From assembly GCA_963733375.1 (NCBI GenBank), contig CAVTDB010000009.1:128001-192000 (forward strand): 64,000 bases of DNA, read 5' to 3'. Position numbers and translations under genes: made by a program. The stretch is from Nitrospirota bacterium. Its GTDB lineage: Bacteria > Nitrospirota > JACRHJ01. The notes under the pieces were generated by a model. That model worked only from the letters and a program-made list of their open reading frames with translations, had not been told where the DNA came from and searched no databases. Position 1 is the first letter of the stretch. Every line of letters begins with the position of its first letter. Positions 58,720 through 64,000 of the stretch are shown one piece after another.

Positions 58720-61633
58720 TTACCTGCCTCCGGCGACGGCGTACTCTATGCCGTACAGCCTTTTTACCATCCTCCTTATCGCATCGTACTCATCGTCGTG
58801 TTACGTCCGTGAAGCCCTCGCATTCCGAGTCTATCGCCTGGAGGATCCGCGTATGGGCGGGGTCGGAGCCGGAGAGTCCGAGGAACGCCTTTCTTAACTT
58901 CTCCCTGGTTTCCAGGTCCACCTTCTTGCACGCGGAGAAATTGAAGTTCGCGATCGAGTCGGAGAAATAGATTATCTTCAGCCCGCTGCCTACATACTGC
59001 TTGGCCACCGACTCCATCATCCCTCCGGCGTCGCATTCCCCGGTAAGGACGGCCTTGGCCACGGCGTCATGACGGCCGAAGTACTTGTACGATTTCAGGT
59101 CGTAGAGCCTTATCCCCGCGTCGCTCAAAATGGCCCTTGGCATCAGGTGTGAAGAAGTCGATTTTTCGCTTCCGAAGCCGAAACTCCTGCCGCGGATATC
59201 TTTTATATCCTTAATGTCCGAGCCTTCCCTGGTGACGATGACCGAGCGCGTGAAGATATTCCCTTTGCCTATGGACTTCACGATGGCCTCGACCCCGTAC
59301 TTGTGCCTCGCTTCCACGTATGTCGTGGGGCCCAGCCAGCAGATATCGGTAACGCCCAGGCCCAGGTCGTTTACCGCCGAGGCCATATCCTGCCCGGGCA
59401 CTATATCCACCTCCACGCCCAGCTTATCCGAGAGGTAGTTCGCCAGCGGCGTGAAGCGTCTTATCATCGCCTCGGGATCTTCGAGCGGGAGCACTCCCAG
59501 GCGCATCCTGCCCGAAGAAAGGCTGTACTGCTCCATCAGCGCGAAGTGGTTTATCTCTTTCCTTAAGAGGTCCGCCTGCGAAGTGAGTTCGGAGACGGAC
59601 AGGTCCATTTCTTCAGCTAACTTCACGGAGGCGAAAGTTATATCCCTTATCTTGCCGAGCGAGCGCACAATTTCCTGGCTCCCCTTCCTCTGCTCAGAAG
59701 TCGCCGAGGCTATATTCTGCACCTTGTCGGAGACGTTTTCGACAGCAATGGTAATCTCCTTGCTGCCCTTGGTCTGCTCGGACATGGCGTTTTTCACCTG
59801 CTGGGTGATATCGTTCATGTTCTCGGAGGCCACCATGATCTGTTCGGACCCCCGGCTCTGTTCCTGGGTGGCCGTCAGTATCTGCTGGACCATGTTTGAA
59901 ATGGACATCATCGCCGCCGATACCTGGCGTATCCCCTCGGCCTGTTCCACGGTCGCCTTCTCGATACCCTTGGACATCGCGGCGGCGCGGGTGGAGCTCT
60001 GGACTATCTTTACAAGCGCCTCTTTGGCCTCGAGAGCTATCTTTACCCCCTGCTCGACGCTCTCCCGCCCCGTCTTGATGGATTTCACGGCGTCTTTAGC
60101 CTCGCTCTGCACGGCGCTTATCAGCTTCGCTATTTCCTGGGTGGAGGAGGAGGTGCGCTCCGCCAGGTCTTTTATCTCGTTTGCCACGACGGCAAAGCCC
60201 TTGCCGTGCTCGCCGGCCTGGGCCGCGAGTATCGCGGCGTTAAGCGCAAGGAGCGAGGTCTGGTCGGTGACGTCGTCGATAACGGTCAATATCTCGCCTA
60301 TCTCCTCGGAGCGGCCGCCGAGCTGCTCGATGACCTTCGCCGCCTTTTCTACGGTCTCCTTGATGTTGCCCATGCTCTCGATGGTCTTCTGGACAGAGCT
60401 CATGCCAAGCCCGGCCGCCTCCTCCGTCACCTGTTCGGACAGGGAAGCCGACTCCTTCGAAATCGCCTCGACCTCTTTTATGGAGGCGCCCATCTGCGTG
60501 GCCGAAGCGGTAGTCTCCTCCGCCGCGCTCGACAGCACGTCCATGTTCTCCGCCACCTGCTTTATCGAAGCCGCCATCTCCATGATGGAAGACGATGTGG
60601 ACTCCGCCGAGCCGGAGAGCTGGCTGGTGCTTCCGGCGACCTCGTCTATCGAAGCGGCCATCTCCATAATGGAGGAGGACGAGGATTCGGCGCTTGCCGA
60701 GAGGGATTCCGCGCTTTCCGCGACTTCCTTTATCGAGGCGTTCATCTCGTCCATCGAGGAAGACGTGGTCTCCGTCAGCTCGTGCTGGGCCTCGGAACCT
60801 TCGGATATTTTCTTCGCGTTCATGGCTATCCGCTCGGTTGCGTTCGCGACGCTTATGGAGGCGTCTTTTACCCTTGCCAGCATGTTCTTCAGGTTGGATA
60901 CCATCGCGTTTATAGCATTGCCAAGCTCGCCCAGCTCGTCATCCGAATCGGCCTCTATCGATTTCGTCAGGTCGCCGCCCGCTATCTGCTTGGCCGTCAA
61001 TACCAGCTTGGATATCCTGCCGGTGATGAACCTGGAGACGAAGAAGGCGAATATCACGATAGCGATGATCAGCGAGCATAACGCTATCAACGTGGACCGG
61101 AACATCAGCAGCCGCTTTGCGGCGTAAACTTCATCGTAGCTGAGCCCCAGCCTGATGGCTCCTAGATGTTTTCCTTCGGGGTCGGTAAGCGGGATGACCG
61201 TATCGTAGTATTTCTTCTGCCCGTACGTGAAGACCGGCGCCTGGTCCTTCACTTCCTTCAGGGCCTTCGCGGCGGCCATGCTGACCGGGTCGCTATAGAC
61301 TTTCCCTATATGGGCCGCATTGTCGGCGAAGAGTATTTTTCCCGTGGAGTCAACGACCATGCAGTACCCTATGTTCGGGTTCTTTTTGGTCAATTCGACG
61401 CAGCGTTCGCTGACGCCGGAAAGGGATTCAAGCGGAAGCCCCAGGCTCAGCGAGTCCTGCAAGCCCCCCCTGAAAGAATCGCCTATCGCGAACGACTTCC
61501 CTAACAAGGCCTTCGTGTAAAGGGTCGTGAACCCGTACGTGAGGGCGATCGTAGAGGCGGATATGACGCCCAGCAGCACAAGGGTCACGATCACCAGCAC
61601 CCTCATCTGGAGGGATTTAAGACCTGTCTTCAT
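58720..61633 (-). CDS. Methyl-accepting chemotaxis protein with C-terminal PhnD/phosphonate-binding-like domain
   Basis: TM-sensor-TM-HAMP, extended helical bundle, [27 protein letters not shown]; then [26 protein letters not shown]; true end [14 protein letters not shown] after an indel near 58800. Confidence 0.9.
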
Positions 61634-61642
61634 TCTTTCCTC

Positions 61643-62581
61643 CTACTTTATTACCTTCGTCGCCGCATTCAGGACCTCGAACGGCACCTTCAGGGAGAGT
61701 GAGTTCGCGGCCTTCAGGTTAAGCACCAGGTCTATCTTCCTGGCGCTTTCCACGGCTATGCTTGAGACAGGCGCGCCCTTCAGTATCCTTGCCACGATCC
61801 CCGCGGCCATCTCACCCTGCTCCGAGGCGGAAGGGGCCAGCGCGAGGAGCGCCCCTTTCTCCGCCATGCCCGAAACCTGGGCCATCGCCGGGATCTTCTT
61901 CCTGTTGCTGGCCTCGATTATTCCGGAAGCGTCCTTGTCCACCGCCGCGCTGCACGATATGTACACGCAGTCCGCGGCGGCCTTCTGCACCCCGGGCCGC
62001 GCCTGGGATGTGCTCCTCACCTTTACCTCCACCGGCTGAAACCCGAGGGCGGGCGCGTTCTTTATCACCTCGTCCAACTGGACCACGGAGTCCTTTTCAT
62101 CGGGGTTATAGACCACGGCGAGCCTGGTGAAAGGTTTTATCGACTTCATGGTCCTGAGCAGGGTAACCATCGGGACCTTGGAACTGGCCCCGGTGGAATT
62201 TTGCGTTTTGGACCCGCAGGCGGCGGGGTCGTACACGTCGGCGAAGACGACGGGTATCTTGCTCGTCTCCCTTACCGCGGTCAATGCGGCGGCCGCCCCG
62301 TACGCGACTATAACGTCGGCTTCCACCCCTATGAACTTCCGGACGCTGTTCGTCCATGACATCTGGTCCGGGTTTGGTGATTGGACATAGACCGAGACCT
62401 TGCTCGGGTCGTACCCCGCCCTTGCAAGCGTTGCCATAAACGCCTTATGCGCCTCCTGGTACCGAGGCAGGTCGCCAGAAAAAATCACGCCTATGGTTTT
62501 TTCCGCCGCGAATGCGCCGGGGACGCAAATAGCCGTGACCATCATGAATAGGAGGACGAGAATTAATTTTTTGAAAGACAT
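61643..62581 (-). CDS. Periplasmic ABC-type solute-binding protein (ABC_sub_bind family), no cognate permease adjacent
   Basis: Signal peptide, IPVVFADVYDP, VYNPDEKDS, EQGEMAA..ILKG, LVLNLKAA. Confidence 0.85.
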   Translation of the reverse strand: MSFKKLILVLLFMMVTAICVPGAFAAEKTIGVIFSGDLPRYQEAHKAFMATLARAGYDPSKVSVYVQSPNPDQMSWTNSVRKFIGVEADVIVAYGAAAALTAVRETSKIPVVFADVYDPAACGSKTQNSTGASSKVPMVTLLRTMKSIKPFTRLAVVYNPDEKDSVVQLDEVIKNAPALGFQPVEVKVRSTSQARPGVQKAAADCVYISCSAAVDKDASGIIEASNRKKIPAMAQVSGMAEKGALLALAPSASEQGEMAAGIVARILKGAPVSSIAVESARKIDLVLNLKAANSLSLKVPFEVLNAATKVIK

Positions 62582-62594
62582 GTTTCATTTCCCC

Positions 62595-64000
62595 TTACCA
62601 TTTTTTGGATGCCACTATCATGACCGTCTGGGCCGTGCCGTTCTGAGGCCCATCCTGCGGGTTGTTCTTAAAGTCCACGTAGTTGTTTATATCGTAGGTG
62701 AGGGATAACCCCCAATTCCTTGGGCAGCGCGTATCTTCCGGTTATCCTGCCGCCGGTCTCCCTGACAGCCATGTCCGCAAGCAAGCCCACATCCAGGGTA
62801 TTGAACGCGCCGAGCGTCTCGTTTACCCTGAAACTCCCGCTGCCGAAGCTCTGGTAGAATTCCATATCCGCCGTCAACGGTATAGCGAACGAATAAGTGC
62901 CCCCGATAGAATATACGTGGGCCTGGTCCGTATATGGCGCGCGCTCCACCGGGAACGGTACGGCTGCCCCGTGCCCCGAACAGCGCGACATCTCTTTTTA
63001 TCCTGTACCTGAAATAATCGTAGTTCGCGGATATCGTAATCGGCCCGGCCGGGCTCCATACCGCCTGGACGCCAGGGTTGTCGTACTTCGTATGCATGTC
63101 GGCCTGGCCGTTTTCTTCCGAGGAGAACCTGTAATGGGCGTTGGCGGTAACCTCCGGAAGCGGCATGAAATTAGCGTCCGCGCGGGCCTTGTAGGAGTTT
63201 TTCGGCTTTATCGCGTAGGCGGGCTCTTCCGTGTACGCATATTCGAAGCTGCCATTGAAATCGACCCATCTCGCCGGCCTTGAAGTCACCCCCGCCGTTA
63301 TTTTATGTATGTTCTGCTCCGAAGGTATCGTCCCGAACGGCGCGAGTATGGTCGAGGTGATGAGTGACTGATTGCTCCATAAGTCGGCGTTGTATCTCTT
63401 CTTGTTATCGAACGAGTATTCGGCCTTGAAGGCGATCAGGCTTACGGGGCTGTACCGGAACGCCACCTCGGCCTTGTTCTCCCTTGTATTTATAGGGTTG
63501 TTGGGGAAACCCGTCCTCCCGGGATCTACCGTCACCGAAGCCGGGACATTTTCAGTGGTATTGTTGTAGCGGTAGCGGACCACCATCGTCAGGCCCGGGA
63601 GCGGTATGAGGTTGAAGTCGCCGTATGCCCGCTGATAATTCACTTCCGCCTGCGAATGCTCGATTTTCGCGCTCGCCGTTTATGTACTGCGCGTCGGCGG
63701 AGATCCTTCCGGTATAATCGGTATGGACTTTCACCGAGTCCAGGTTCTCGTCGAACTCGGGCACCACGCTGTGGTGAAGCTGGACGCCGCTCATCGTATC
63801 CACCAGCGCGACCTGATCGTGCGGCTCGAAGGTCTTGGCCGTATGGCTGTATTCGGCCTCGACGGGGCCGAAATGGCCGTTGATCCCGACGGTAAGGTCT
63901 CTGGTTATCCAGTCTATATCCCTGGAGCGGGACCCTTTCACGCTTGGTCCCCTCGTAAAACCTCGCCTGCACCGTCCCGTCCTTCTCGAACTGCCGCAGA
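62595..64000 (-). CDS. Outer-membrane beta-barrel protein, possibly the porin of a porin-cytochrome conduit (partial, frameshifted)
   Basis: Alternating amphipathic strands rich in Y/F; C-terminal ...QTVMIVASKKW* beta-signal at 62595. Confidence 0.65.

Noticed and set aside
59451-61127. Long antisense ORFs (e.g. 558 aa here, also 19522-20946, 11543-12736, 57675-58970)
   Set aside because: Shadow frames of GC-rich genes on the opposite strand with no recognisable motifs

Overview
GC-rich chromosomal window from an anaerobe-type Gram-negative bacterium. Gene content (RomR, tandem DUF507, Geobacter-like multiheme cytochromes, HEAT/GAF chemosensory cluster) suggests Nitrospirota or Desulfobacterota; this is inference. 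The sequence looks like an unpolished long-read assembly: many genes carry single-base frameshifts, so the CDS coordinates are stitched across ORF fragments. Order of contents: zapA-6S RNA-rarA-rny-ymdB-xseA core block; a ~10 kb minus-strand island of four secreted multiheme c-type cytochromes plus a lipoprotein; a NarL-type regulator, an aminopeptidase and a HEAT/TPR/DUF2135 envelope operon; proline dehydrogenase; B12-dependent nrdJ with an NrdR box; a GT-C glycosyltransferase, romR, dgt and deoB; a cobalt ECF transporter under a cobalamin riboswitch with an unusual 73-nt L4 insertion; an ankyrin gene between direct repeats; nikR; a cysK/Rrf2/LysR/DUF507/diguanylate cyclase block; acetate activation genes; and a CheA-less chemosensory operon headed by an outer-membrane beta-barrel, an orphan solute-binding protein and an MCP fused to a PhnD-like domain. 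The best candidate for a new system is the cytochrome island. Three of its genes share a conserved six-heme head, and in one that head is mounted on a long Ig/YDG-repeat adhesin-like stalk.
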